A stretch of 64,000 nt of DNA from Vicugna vicugna (Eukaryota), in assembly GCA_013265495.1 (NCBI GenBank), contig MU058824.1:4491111-4555110 (forward strand). Direction: 5' to 3'. Both the position numbers and the translations under genes were made by a program. The stretch's first letter is position 1, and every line of letters starts with the position of its first letter. Below, in pieces: positions 1 to 12,435 of this stretch. Below the pieces are notes generated by a model that worked only from the letters and a program-made list of their open reading frames with translations, was not told the DNA's origin and made no database searches.

Positions 1-1352
1 CATCCAAGCCCTACAACAAGGCAATCTCTTGGAGAAAGGTGTGACACTTCTATTTTTCATGAGTGTCCTAGGGAAAACGTGGATGACTAAGATTTCATAA
101 TCAGTCCTTTGCTCCTCAGTAGATCTGCTCTGGCACAAATGGAGGAGCAAAATTACAATCAGAGTGGTGAGAGAAGGAGCCCCGGGGAGAAGATGAGGAA
201 GCAGGCTCCGTCCTCACCCTATCCTCGCTGCCTGGGGACCTCTCTGAGCTTTCCTTTCATCCTTAATATGAGAATTCAAGACTCATGTACTGTTCCATGA
301 CTGAAGTACATCCCACGTCCATCCCTCCTTTGAGCAACTCTCTGCAAGGCTGGGTAGAATTGTCTTTTTTTTTGTAGGGGAGAAAGGAGTACTGTGGCAT
401 TGACTTTAACGGTCAACTCAAATATAAAAGGATCTGAGTTAGGAGCTGTGACTTACAAAACAGCTCCCAAAGCATGGAGCTTGGTCCAAAAGTTACAGAT
501 GCTCATACTGGGAGGCACGAGGGACACTTGTCCATGGATTCTATCCCTACTCCCCAGCCCCACAGGCTGGAGCAGACTGAGGAAACTGCAGTGGTATGGA
601 CAAAGGCCATGGTTAGAGAGAGGGGATGTGGACTGTTAGGGTCTGCAGGGTCTATTGGCCAGAAACTCTTTATTGACAGGGCAGCGAAGGAGGATTGCTG
701 ACCAAACTCACAAGAAATGAAGCATAAACCAGGCATCAAGTAACAAATGTAAATACTAGGCAGAATCTAATCTTCCTGGCCTCTGCTCATCACATTCTCT
801 CCATGTATGACTCCAGGTGGAGCCAAATTATCATTAGAAAATTATTATACAAGCACAGAATTAGAGCCAGGGGAGTGAGTGAGCTGGTGTCAACGCTCAG
901 CTTCACTGAGTATGACAACCCAAAGCCTCCAAGGACACTGCAGGGTCAATTTGGGGACAGGCAGGGCTGGCCAGAGGGCCAGTCAGTGGTGGACCCACGC
1001 AGCACACCCTCACGGTTCCTCTTTTATGGTTCCCATAGACCCATCCTTACACATCTCTTCCTTCAAGTGCATTAACATTACTGATCTCGCTAAATTCTAT
1101 CATAAATCGTGGTTTGATCTGATTTCTGGTGTCTGCTTTTCCTGCTTTTGATTTGATATATTCTGACTTTTAAGGTAACTTCAGTGGACAGTGAATTTTA
1201 TCCCTTAGATGCTGATATTACAAGTTAGCATGTCAAAGGGTAAATTTAATTATAAGTTCCGGAAGCATCTCATTGTAATCCACACATAGTGATCCCTATA
1301 AACATGTGTTTGCTGTCCTCAGTTTTCCTTAGGGTGAAAGAGAGAATTTAAA

Positions 1353-2301
1353 ATGGAAGTGGCTAACCAGTCCGTTGTGGCAGGCTTTGTCTTGCTGGGG
1401 CTGTCAGATCAGCCAAGGCTGGAGAAAACATTCTTTGTGCTCATCCTGCTGATGTACCTGCTGATCCTGCTGGGCAATGGGGTCCTCGTCCTGGTGACTG
1501 TGTCCGACTCCCGCCTGCATGTACTTCTTCCTGGGGAACCTCTCCTTCCTCGACACCTGCTATACAACCTCCTCGGTCCCTCTGGTCCTGGATGGCTTCC
1601 TCACTCCCAGGAAAACCATCTCCTTCTCAGGCTGTGCTGTGCAGATGTTCCTCTCCTTTGCCATGGGAGCCACGGAGTGTGTGCTTCTGGGGATGATGGC
1701 GTTTGACCGCTACGTGGCCATCTGCAACCCCCTGAGGTACCTCGTGGTCAAGAGCAAGGCTGCCTACATGCCCATGGCTGCCGGCTCCTGGCTGGCTGGG
1801 GGAGTCAACTCCTCGGTACAGATCTCTCTTGCAGTACAGTTACCCTTCTGTGGGGACCACGTCATCAACCACTTCACCTGTGAGATCCTAGCTGTCCTGA
1901 AGTTGGCCTGTGCTGACATCTCCACCAATGTGATCAGTATGGGGGTGGCCAATGTGATCTTCCTGGGGGTCCCCGTACTGTTCATCTTTGTCTCCTACAT
2001 CTTCATCCTCACCACCATCCTGAGGATCCCCTCGGTTGAGGGGAGGAAAAAGGCCTTCTCCACCTGCTCTGCACATCTTACTGTGGTGGTCATCTTCTAT
2101 GGGACTATTCTTTTCATGTATGCAAAGGCCAAATCAAAGGACCCCCTGGGGGCAGACAAACAGGATGTTTCAGACAAGCTCATTTCCCTCTTCTATGGGG
2201 TGCTGATTCCCATGCTTAACCCCATCATCTACAGCCTCAGAAACAAGGATGTGAAGGCTGCTGTAAAGAATCTCATGAATCAGAAATGCTTTCCCCAGTG
2301 A
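1353..2301 (+). pseudogene. Olfactory receptor pseudogene, OR13C/OR2S (OR37-type) subfamily, copy 1
   Basis: ATG at 1353 (MEVANQS..., with N-glycosylation sequon). OR motifs [20 protein letters not shown] and [16 protein letters not shown]. An 8-bp deletion at 1518/1519 (ctgcatgtac vs ctgcacacgcccatgtac in the paralogues) splits it into ORFs 1353-1706 and 1519-2301. Repaired length is 318 aa. Confidence 0.93.
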
Positions 2302-3149
2302 TAGTGGGAGAAGGCAGTGTATCTTGTAGTTCTGTGCACACAGGGGATTCCTCAGGAAATGACCACCTGGTGAGCACAGACTTGCTCCATGGTCCCACAC
2401 TTCAGTTTCACAACAAAACTGCCTCAGCAATGCACATTGGGATGGGGTTTTCCTGAGAAATTGAAAATGGAATATCAAGTCTTTAGAATGAAGAGGGAGT
2501 TATGCTAAATCACCCAGAATCAAGGATAAGTGGCTATTAAAATATATTTTTATTCTGAAAAAATAAACAAAAATTAAAACTTTGTAAAAAAAAAAGGTAT
2601 GTTCTCTTTGTTCACATGCAGACTAGCTGCAGCTTTTGTGTACAATCATGTTTTCTGCTCACCATGCAGTGGGGAGCATGGCAATGAGGAAAAGTCACTT
2701 CTTAACTGGTGTCCAAGCCAAAACCCAATCTGCCATTCTGGAAAATTACCAACACCAAGACATCCCAAATGACATCATTTAACCCCCTTTTCATTGTAGG
2801 GGCTCAGAGTGTTTCTTTAAGCCAATTTTATATCCTAGATATAAGATCCTAGAGCCAATTTGGGGGAAACTCCTTCTTCTCTACTGTATAGAGAGCACAT
2901 CCATCCTTACCCAAATTTGCAGAGGAGTTGTATCAACACCAAACTCCAGACACTGTAGGCTATGAATAAAATTTCTAGCAGTATCCATTTAATCATTAAT
3001 ACAATGCTAAGCTTATATTCTGAGTCCCTTCCTTTCCCAGGAATTAATGTCTGTAACCATCCAGACCACAATGGTCAAACTCAGTTCCCTGTGTCTCTTC
3101 AGGATTTGGTTTGGACATTGGCACCAGTTGCTAAAAATCTACTTGTAAT

Positions 3150-3430
3150 TACCCTTGTAGTTAAGAGCACAGACTGTGGAGCCAGACTGACATGGAGGTG
3201 TCTCTTGTCTGTGTAACTTCAGGCACATTACAAAAATTACTTTATCTTGCAGACTCTTCGTTTTCTAATTTGTAAAACAGAGGTAATTAAACCAACCCCA
3301 TGGAGTTGTTATGGGGATTAAATTAAAATGAGGCATGCATATAAATATTACATATATTATATAAAATATATATAATATATATATATAAATGCACAGTGGC
3401 TAGCAAAGAATAACCTCTCAGTTAATAAAT
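3150..3430 (+). mobile_element. MIR-like SINE fragment with internal (TA)n tract
   Basis: gtagttaagagcacagactgtggagccagac... and ttgtaaaacagaggtaat...gttgttatggggattaaa resemble the MIR core; TA-rich tract at about 3341-3390. Confidence 0.6.
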
Positions 3431-4699
3431 GAATATTTTTATTATTAGTTAAATATGTTAAATAACCCCTCTGTGGAAGCCTTATGACACTTGAAGACAG
3501 TGTTCAATATCATACTTAACTGAATCAATTCCAATTTATTATTGCAGCACCTTTTTGGTTGACTTTCTAGCCTATGAGCCCACAATCTCATTTCTCTGGG
3601 CATTTTCCCCAGTCATCTCTTTTCCTTATCCACACTGATGAGGGACTCATATCTGTACTGTATGACACTGACCCTACCTAGACAAATCAGATCCTTTCTG
3701 CCAGGTTTTAGGATTGTCATTAATGCCCAAGGAGTCACTGGATCCATAACATGCAAACTCAGAAGGTATGGGGTAATCATGTTTGACCATACGCACTGGG
3801 GAATTAACTGTACATTATAACCATATCTATAGATTTACACAGATTTTATATATAAACTTATAGGGAATAAACTTTATTTTGGCAGAGAGTGTTAAAGAGA
3901 AATCAGGTCTTCAAACAGAGAAAAAAAAAAGGAACAGCCAAAGAGTAACAACAGAAGAGGGCATCCTCATATGTTCTCAGTTCTTGGTTTCCATTTTTTC
4001 CCTAGAGCTGGCCATATTCCTGTACTTTTGCTTCCAAAAGACACCTCTATATCCTTATACAGGGTCTATTTTTCACTAATCTTGATTAAATTACTTTCTT
4101 TAAGGGGGCAACAAGTCACATCTAATCTGATTACTGACTTGTATAAAATAAATATTCTCTTTCATGTGCCATATTCAAACAGATTGTCTGGCTATCATAC
4201 ACAGCAGAAGTCTTAAGAACTCAATATGTAGTGCTTCTTGTAGTCAATTATCCTTTCCTGCTACAGTGGCTTTGCTGTCTGTGGATTCTATCACCTGTAA
4301 ATTTGGAACATGTCCAGGGATTGATGTGATACAGGAAGCCTAAGTTCAAATCCCTACTCTCCCACATAGAGCTGGGTGACCATGAATGTGTCCTCTGCTC
4401 TTGGAGAATCCCAGGTATATCCATCCACACAATGAAGAGGGAGTTCAAAATATCTTAGGTGACTCCCACCTGTGAATTTCCCTGGCTCTATAGTTCCTTT
4501 CTCTAGTGGGACAGTCTCTTGAAGAGGGAACACAGCAATGCTCTGTATCACAGCAGAATGTCCGTATTTGAAGCTGAGCCTGGTTTCTTTCACCTCCTTA
4601 AATGTCCATGTGCCAGAAGCATCTTTAAAGTCTCCATATTCCCCACTAGGCTCAAAAACCGAATTAAATGACTCAGGGAGTTGATGTTATCCAACCTCT

Positions 4700-5340
4700 A
4701 TCATTGGTACAAAGAAGGGAGTAGCCATCATCTAAGAAGGTTATCTATGAGCTAAACAGCTATCAGCTGATGTTTAAATGGTAGCAACAGAGACCAACTT
4801 TCATTTGAAGACACTAATCAGCCACTTGGTGGTGAGTTGACTGCATTAGACTGTTTTTATTCTGAAAGGGACAGCAATTCACCATGACTAAAATCAACAC
4901 CTATTCTGAGTATAAATCATCTTCAGTCTCTGTAGGGCATTAGCAAACATCATCACCTGAAAGCTTATGAAGGACTAGATTTAAAGACAGGGATCCTGCA
5001 TAATATCTCATCAGACCAAGGGACTCATTTATCAAAGCAGATGTTGCTGTGGGATCACAACTATGGGATCCACTGATCCTTCCATATACTGCAGCATCCA
5101 TAAGTGACTGGCCCAAGAGAATGACAGAATGACCCTTTGAAAGCATAGCTAAGGCACCAGCTTGGAGATAATATTCTGCAAGAATGGGGCACCAGCCTCC
5201 AGAATACAGTATATACCCTAAACCAATGACTGTTTTATGCTACTGTGTCTCCAACAGGCAAAAATATATGGTCTAGGAATCAAGGGTAGTAGCAAGAGTA
5301 GCCCTGGTTATATCACTTCCAGTGACCTGCTTAAGAATTT
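4700..5340 (+). mobile_element. ERVL-type internal (integrase region) remnant, left part
   Basis: gcaacagagaccaac...cagccacttggtggtgagttgactgcattagac...aagggacagcaattc...caacacctattctg resembles the ERVL pol/integrase sequence (WQVDYIGP region), decayed. Confidence 0.65.
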
Positions 5341-5344
5341 GCAT

Positions 5345-6585
5345 TTTGCATTTCTGCAGCTTACATACCATAAAATTTACCCATTGTAAGGTATAGCTCA
5401 ATGATTTATGATAAATATAATCCAGCTGTGCAGTTATCACTAAATCAATTTTAGAACATTTACATATCATTTCAGAAAGTTCTCTCATGCACATTTTCAA
5501 TCTCCAGCTGCAGGTAACTACTAATTTGTTTATTTCTAAAAGGATTTACCTTTTCTAGAAATTTCAGATGAATGGAACCATACAATATGTAATCTTTTGT
5601 GGCTGGCATTTTTTACTGAGCATGTTTTAGAGGCCTGTCCAGTTGTAAAATGCATCAGTAGTCTGTTCCTTTTTATTACAGAACAGTATTCCATTGTATG
5701 GTTTTACCACAGTGTGTTTATCTATTCACCCATTGATGGACATTTGGATTGTTCCCAGTTTTGGCTATTATGACCAATGCTGCTGTGAACACTTAGTATT
5801 CAACTTTCTGTGGAATTGGTGGGTCATATAGTACAAATGTGCGCAACTCTAAGAAACTGCTAAACTGTTTTTCCAAAGAACCTATATCATTTTAAATTCC
5901 CAGAAGCAATGTATGCTTCAGTTTCTGCATATCTTCACCAACATTCAGTGTTATTAGTCTTTTCTTATTAGTCTTTTTCAATGTAGTTTTCTAGTGGATG
6001 TGCAGTAGTATGCCACTGTAGTTTTAATTTGCACTTCCTGATGGATACCAATATTGAGAATCTTTTCATGTGCTTTTGAGCCATTGACATACCTTTTTGG
6101 TGTAGATATTTTAATTGGGCTGTCTTTTTAATCATGGGGTCACATGTAAGAGTTCTTTATGTAACCTGGATACAAGACCTTTATCAAATATATAATTTGC
6201 AAATATTTTCACTCTTTTTTGTCTTTTCACTCTTACAGTGTCATTTGAAAACTGAAGTTTTTAATTCTGTAGTACAATTTATCATAATCTAAAATTTGGT
6301 ATCTTATTTAAGAAATCTTTACTTAATCCAAGGCCACAAAGATTTCCCCCTATGTTTTCTTCCAGAAGTTGTATGATTTTAGGTTTTACATTTAGATCTG
6401 TGATCCATTTTGAGTTAATTTTTTTGTATAGCACGAGGTAAGGGTCTCAATCATTGTTACATACAAATATCCAACTGTTTCAGTACCATTTGATATAAAG
6501 ACTATCTTTTCCTCCATTGGATTGCCTTGGCACTTTTGTTGAAAGTCAACTGACCATAAATGTAAGGACTAAATTCTGGACTTTT
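5345..6585 (-). mobile_element. Old L1 (L1MB/MC-like) 3' portion
   Basis: Reverse-strand L1 3' UTR/ORF2-end motifs (tattccattgtatgg, gatggacatttggattgttcccag, gatccattttgagttaatttttgtata). Confidence 0.8.
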
Positions 6586-6619
6586 ATTATTATTATTATT
6601 ATTATTATTTTTTCATCTT

Positions 6620-6724
6620 AAAACTATGGAATGCTTCATGAATTTGTGTCATCCTTGCACGGGGGCCATGCTAATCTTCTCTGCGTAGTTCCAATTTTTG
6701 TATATATGCTGCCTAAGTGAGCAC
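6620..6724 (-). pseudogene. U6 snRNA retropseudogene
   Basis: Reverse complement reads GTGCTCACTTAGGCAGCATATATACAAAAATTGGAACTACGCAGAGAAGATTAGCATGGCCCCCGTGCAAGGATGACACAAATTCATGAAGCATTCCATAGTTTT, a full-length degenerate U6. It is followed by an A-rich/(TAA)n tail at about 6583-6613. No PSE/TATA promoter evident. Confidence 0.93.
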
Positions 6725-6744
6725 TGGATTTTCTTTTCTATCTG

Positions 6745-6890
6745 TTAAACTTTAAGCTATGGCTATCTCCCAGTCATGTTGGACTTCTTATGCCAAGAGA
6801 CCAGAAGGCAAGGAAAGAAGTCACTATCCTAGTGGCATAGGACTGATCCTAGTCATGAGGAGGAGATAAGGCCGCTTTACACAATGAGAG
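6745..6890 (+). mobile_element. ERVL-type internal remnant, right part (resumes after L1/U6)
   Basis: ggacttcttatgcc...gaaggcaaggaaagaagtcactatcctag...gactgatcctagtcatgaggaggagataagg...cacaatg matches the ERVL post-integrase region. Confidence 0.6.
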
Positions 6891-7446
6891 CTGCTATGGA
6901 CTGAATGTTTGTGCCTCACAAAAATTCATATGCTGAATCCCTTAGAGTCTATTACCTGGGAAACCTAAATTATGACTACTATATTTTTAGCAGTAAGACC
7001 AAATCACAGAGATTCAGAATCAGTTTGTCTGGTTTTCAATAGAGCCACCATTTCACTCCACAAGAACAACATAGCTCTGGAGTAGAAGGAAGACAGAACT
7101 TCACCAAAACAAACAAACAAAAAGTGAATACGGCACTGCATGGAGCAAAGGCACTGCGCATTTTCCATTTTGAGGGGGCTAGGTGTGAGTATCAGGTTTA
7201 GAATAATGCAAGGAGCCAAGCAGCTGATAGTATGAGAAAAGGCTAGTTGTGGGGTTGTGGCCCCTCTGGGAGTAGTGCTCACAAATGGGAAGCAAACAAA
7301 ACTACCCAAGTTTACCCAAGAAGAACATAGTGTGGTGGATTCCAAGAAGTAATGGACATTGCCAAACAGAACATCGCCAGACAGATATTCTGATGTGGCT
7401 AACATTTGCTCTGTGTTACTTTAGAATGTCACTCAATCATGGAGGA

Positions 7447-7607
7447 CAGTACTTTTCGAACTTTAATGCGCCTATAAATCACCTGAGGTTTTTGTCAAAA
7501 TGCAGATTATGGTTCAGTACATCTGGAGTGTAACTAGAGATTCTGCAGTTTTAACACGATCTCAAGTGATGTTGTTACTGGCCTTAGACCACACTTTGAG
7601 TAGCAAG
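7447..7607. mobile_element. MER5-like hAT-Charlie MITE
   Basis: aatcacctg...aaaatgcagatt...ctgcagttttaaca...gaccacactttgagtagca is typical of MER5A/B. Confidence 0.7.
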
Positions 7608-7719
7608 TACCCAAAATGTTCTAGTAGAAGTAGTTTGCTATTGGGACTAATTCATTTATTTGTTTGCCTAATTGATTTATATATCCTTTTCTAAGCAAGG
7701 ATATTGAGACAATTAAAAG

Positions 7720-8548
7720 ATTCAGATGTATATAATAATTCCCAGAGCAACCAGTAGAAAAATAAGGCAAAGAGATATATCTTAAAAGCCAATAGATAAA
7801 ATGGAATTAGTTCTAAGAACTATTCAATTAACCCAAGAGACAGCAGGAAAGGAGGAACAGATGAACAAAAAATAGATGCAATAAAAAGAAAACAACATAA
7901 TAGTAAACCTAAACCCAACTAATCAATGATTATATTAAATAGAAATGGATTAAACTTACTAGTTAAACTATAGAGACTATCAGACAGGATAAAAAGCAAG
8001 ACTCAACTGTATTCTGTCTAAAGGAAGAATTTTATAATGACATACATAGGTTGAAAGTAAAAGGGTGGGAAAATATATCAGGCAAACAGCTGAAAGGTTA
8101 TATTAGTTTCAGATAAAGCAGACTTGAAGACAAAGAGTATTACCGTAGATAAAGAAGGACATTTCATAATGATAAGGTGTCAATCAGGAAGACATAAAAA
8201 TAATAAATGTGCATTCACCTAGTAACAAGTCTTTAAATAACATGAAGCAAAGACAGATATAAAGGAAGAGATAGAGCTACAGTCAGAATTTGAAATTTTC
8301 ATATCCCTTTTTACAATAATTACTAGAACAACTAGACCAAAAAATAAACAAACAAACAAAAACTATTTTACTATGGACCATGAACCTGAACATGAAAGCT
8401 GAAACTATAAAGCTTTTATAATAAAGTATAGAAAAATGTCTTTGTGACTGGGGATAGGCAAAATTTTCTCAGAGAGGATACAGAAAGCAATAGCCAAAAA
8501 AGGGAAAAAAAGATAGAGGTCACCAAAATTTTAAACATCTGCTCAGCA
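7720..8548 (+). mobile_element. Old L1 fragments (ORF2 start and later ORF2)
   Basis: aatggattaaac...gactatcagacaggataaaaagcaagactcaac (endonuclease region); ends at an insertion site at 8533-8548. Confidence 0.75.
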
Positions 8549-9467
8549 GGCTGCCTATGGGGCTGAGGCCTGAGGGCTATGGGCCACACTGGCTCCTGCA
8601 ACTCAGTTCACTCAAGGAAACTTCTGCGGTGACTACTGACGTAGCAGCTAGCTTTGCAGTGAAAGATCAGAGGTGAATTCCTCTCTTTGCCTAGGTCTAA
8701 AAAAAGCCTGAGTCTCAGCTACTAGAGATTCTCTGGATTTCTTGGCACATGGACTGACTCACCCCGCACCCTCCCATCCTGTCAGACCCTTTGCACATAC
8801 ACCTCTACTTGAGTTCTTTGTCCTTGTTTAAGAAACAAACAAACAAAATCAACCACACAGACAGAAATCTTACTGGTTTCATTTTTACCCCATCCACTTT
8901 TAGAGAGTCACTCTTGTAGAAATACTTTAAGCTCAATGGCTTCACTGCTGTCTCCCTTCTCTGGCACAATGCCCTCCCTGGATGAGCCCTGTCTTACACT
9001 GGCATGATGGCACCTCTCAGGTGAGCTAGAGACAATACCTCAAAGAGGCTGGATGGTAGCATTCAAAATGATGTCATACCCACCAAATCTGCCATAAGCA
9101 TGGTCCAGAGACCATGGACATTCATGTTCCTCTGAAGAAATCCTTGTTGGGGGTGGGGAGGGAGCCCCCAGCATTTATCACCAATCTACCAACCCTCTCT
9201 CCATGTTCTGACCTTTGCTCTCCCTCTTTTTACCTGATATCTTGCCTGATTGTTCATGAGGACATTAAATCCCAGCTGGTAAGAGCCAAATTATCTTACC
9301 AAAACATGAAGACAAAAACAGGCAGAAGCCTACACACACCTTATTTTTCTACACCTTCCCCAGCCCGTGTCAGAAAAATGTGTGCCTCCACCTATCAAAA
9401 GCCAAACTGCAGGATAAAAGGAAATCAGAATACTGTTTTGACTGCCAGACACATTAAAAAATCAACC
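8549..9467 (+). pseudogene. Putative 5'-truncated retrocopy (3' UTR-like) of unknown parent, inserted in L1
   Basis: Flanked by 16-bp direct repeats AAACATCTGCTCAGCA (8533-8548) and AAACATGTGCTCAGCA (9468-9483). ATTAAA at 9453-9458 with a short A-rich end. L1 sequence is contiguous across the insert. Confidence 0.65.
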
Positions 9468-10420
9468 AAACATGTGCTCAGCAAAAGACACTATTAAGAA
9501 AATGAGTATGCAGGCCACAGGCTAGCAGGATGTTCATAATACATATATGTGACAAAGGACTCTAAAATACATAAGGACTTGCTACAACTCAATATTTAGG
9601 GGAAAAAAACAAGAAAAGTATAATAGTGGACAAAATAGATGAACAGATAATTTACAAAGAAAAATATCAGAATGACCAACTGGCACATGAAAAAGCACAT
9701 AAATACCATTAGTTATCAAGAAAATGCAAATGAAAACCACAGTGAGATACCACTACACATCAACCAGGGTGGCTAAAATTTCAACAACTGGTAACACCAA
9801 AAGTGGTGAAAATGTGACATGAGAACCCTTGTGGCTTTTTTGATAAGAGTGTAAAATGGTACAAACACTCTGGCAAAAGATCTGTCCATTGTATATCTAT
9901 GAACAGTCTCATTCTCAGGTATTTAGCCAAGAGAAGTTAAAATACATGTCTACAAAAAGACTTGTATGATAATGTTAACAATGGCTTTATTCATAACAGC
10001 CAAAACTAGAAACAAGCTGGATGTCCATCAACAAGGAGAGTGGATAAACAAACTAGGATGTCCATATAATGGAATACTACTACTCAATAATAAAAAGGGA
10101 CAAACTACAAAACCATGTAACAACACGACAGATCTCAAAAACATTATTCTGAATAAAGGCTTACATATGATTATATTAATATGATGTTTCTGAAAAGGTA
10201 ATATTTAAACAAAGTTGAAAAATATTAGAACAATGGGGATTGCTCTGACAGGGTGGTATTAAGGATTAACTAGTAAGGGGCATGAGAAAACTGTTGTGTT
10301 GGAAATATTCTGTAACTTAATAGGATGTGAGTTACATGGGTGTGCGTGTCTTTCAAAATTCATTGGTTGGTACACTTAAGAGTTATGCACTTCACTGTGA
10401 GGAAATTAGACACCAAAAAG
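9468..10420 (+). mobile_element. Old L1 3' portion (continuation)
   Basis: aaagacactattaagaaaatg..., aaatgcaaatgaaaaccacagtgagataccac, aatggaatactac motifs. Confidence 0.8.
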
Positions 10421-10909
10421 TAGACAACAAACTGTCTGTCTAAATTTATGGACTTTTTATAGTGATTGTTATTGACAAGCCACAAATATGTCTAGTGAAC
10501 TTTCTAGCAGCCTCATTACAAAATGAAGATGTATTCTTATGGGAGCTTGTTCTTGTACTTGTTACTGTTTCTTTGCTATAAATAATAATGAAAAGCTCCT
10601 CTTATAAGCAGGTCATCTGAGGGCCCAAGATTCCTTGTGCCACTTGGACTGATGGCAGAGACTGGTTTACCTGATAGCTTTTAGTCATGATTTTATTACA
10701 TATTTATTGAGTTACTATTTGTTATTTGCTGAGTTACTGTAGAAGGGTAGTTGTCCTTAGATCAGGCTCACATCTTCAGTGTAACTGAGCATATCTATAA
10801 TGATTTATTGTCCTCCTATCTTTGAAGGGCTAATATGCAAAAGACAAAGCAATCACGTTGTGTGGCCCGCAGGTGCAAAGTGAGGACCAAGGGTAGAGCT
10901 GCAGGGAGA

Positions 10910-11015
10910 TAGGCAGGCTTTGGTTCAGAATGAGGAAATACCTTCTGATCACTAATGTCCCCTGGCAGTAGGAAAGATTTTTGGGGAAGTAGGGAGCTCC
11001 CCTTCACTGGACCAG
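10910..11015 (+). mobile_element. L3/CR1 fragment
   Basis: gtagggagctccccttcactgga preceded by aggaaataccttctga resembles the CR1/L3 3' ORF end. Confidence 0.5.
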
Positions 11016-11071
11016 ATGTGTCACTTCTTTCTTTCCCTAGCTTCTTCCTCACAGCTTTTAACCATATTCTA

Positions 11072-11547
11072 TGTATTAGTTACCTATTGTTCCAAAACAC
11101 ATCACTTCAAAACTTAGTCACTTAGAAGAACACACATGTATTGTTACACAGTTTCTGTGGGTCAAGAATCTGAGCACAGATTTGCTGGGTCCTCTGCTTC
11201 AGGGTCTTTCACAAGACTGTAATCAGAGATGTTGGCAAGGGCTGGGATCTCATCTGAAGGTTTGACTGGGAAACGGTTAAATAGTAAACTCACTTACATG
11301 GTTGTTGGAAGAATTCAATGCCTTGAGGGCTACTGGTCTGAGGACCTCAGTTCTTCCCTGGCTGTTGGTTAGAGACCTTCCTCAGTTCCTTGCCAAATGG
11401 GCCTCTCCATTCTGGCAGTTTTCTTCATCAAAACTGGCAAAAGTGTATTTTTTTGGTTAGAAATTATTACTAAAGGGGACGGTACATAAGCCCATGAAAT
11501 CCAGTAGGCAGGAATCACTGGGGGCCATCTTAGAGGCTGCTACCACA
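11072..11547 (-). mobile_element. MLT1-type (ERVL-MaLR) solo LTR
   Basis: tgtattagttacctattg...cacagtttctgtgggtcaagaatc...ggggccatcttagaggctgctaccaca. Confidence 0.8.
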
Positions 11548-12099
11548 TTCCAGATTCCACCAACTTAGAAGGTCTTCCCTGGGCTTTGTTCTATGTCTCC
11601 TGTTTCACGATGCTTTTCAAACAAATGACTTGTAGAGGCTGTGGAAGAAATACTCAGTCCTAAGACCTGTTCCAAGTATTGTCCCCAAGATGGTCTTCCC
11701 CTTTCTCACAACCCTTGCCCATCTCTTTATGTGAAAATTCTCCCTCATTGTCCCTGGCCAGAAGCTGCCTCCTCCGTGAAGTCTCCCCATGGCTCTGGGT
11801 GGTAGTTCCCCTAAGTGTCCGCAGTCATGACCTTGAGCACTTGGTTTAGAAGTATTGTGCCTGCAGCTGCTGGTTCCACAATACCATGAACATAGGGTGT
11901 TACTAAATAATTCTTATCTCCCCAGCTGTTCTCCTCAAGAAGTTTAAGCATTCTGAAGTTTGTAGAAATTCAAGGCATGACATGGAAATGCTTCCTCGAT
12001 GTCCTTCAGTGGCCTAAGAGTGGAAACATCTCTCCATCTGATGGAAAGTGTTCCATCAGGAACAAAAGAAGGGGAAAAAAAGACGTTTTTCTGGAGTGC

Positions 12100-12150
12100 T
12101 TTCAGCATAATTGGATCTCAGGGACATTGTCCCAAAAGTATAAAAAGTTT
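12100..12150 (+). promoter_or_regulatory. Putative OR promoter for copy 2 (homeodomain + O/E-like + TATA)
   Basis: TAATTG 12108-12113, TCTCAGGGA 12116-12124, TATAAA 12139-12144. The same order and similar spacing recur at 23617-23653. Confidence 0.65.
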
Positions 12151-12169
12151 CCTGACTTCGTATGATTCC

Positions 12170-12435
12170 ATTTCCAAACTTTTAATCACTTCAGGGAATG
12201 CAGTAGTCCCAATTGCAGTGCTGATTTCAAATTGCCTTCTTCATGTACTGGTTGTTCCTTTGGAGATTTTGCCTAAAACACAGAACCAAAACAGAGAGGG
12301 AGGCACTGGCTTTCATCCCTTCTTCAAATCAGAGGTGGACATCTCAGCCTGGGCCTTTAAACTAGTATTGCTATTTCTGGTCCATGTACTGTTTCCAAGA
12401 CAGAGGGACCCTTTCTCAATAGGTTCCTGAAAAAG
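12170..12435 (+). other. Putative non-coding first exon of OR copy 2 (start approximate)
   Basis: Homologous to 23680-23937; ends in donor AAG|GTAGGT (GT at 12436). Candidate acceptor ttttattcag at 14678-14687 just before the ATG. Confidence 0.5.

Noticed and set aside
1519..2301. 260-aa ORF as a functional OR
   Set aside because: It is the downstream half of a frameshifted gene and lacks the N-terminus and TM1.
6620..6724. Functional U6 snRNA gene
   Set aside because: Many substitutions including the ACAGAGA box (GCAGAGA here), a retroposition tail, and no evident Pol III promoter.
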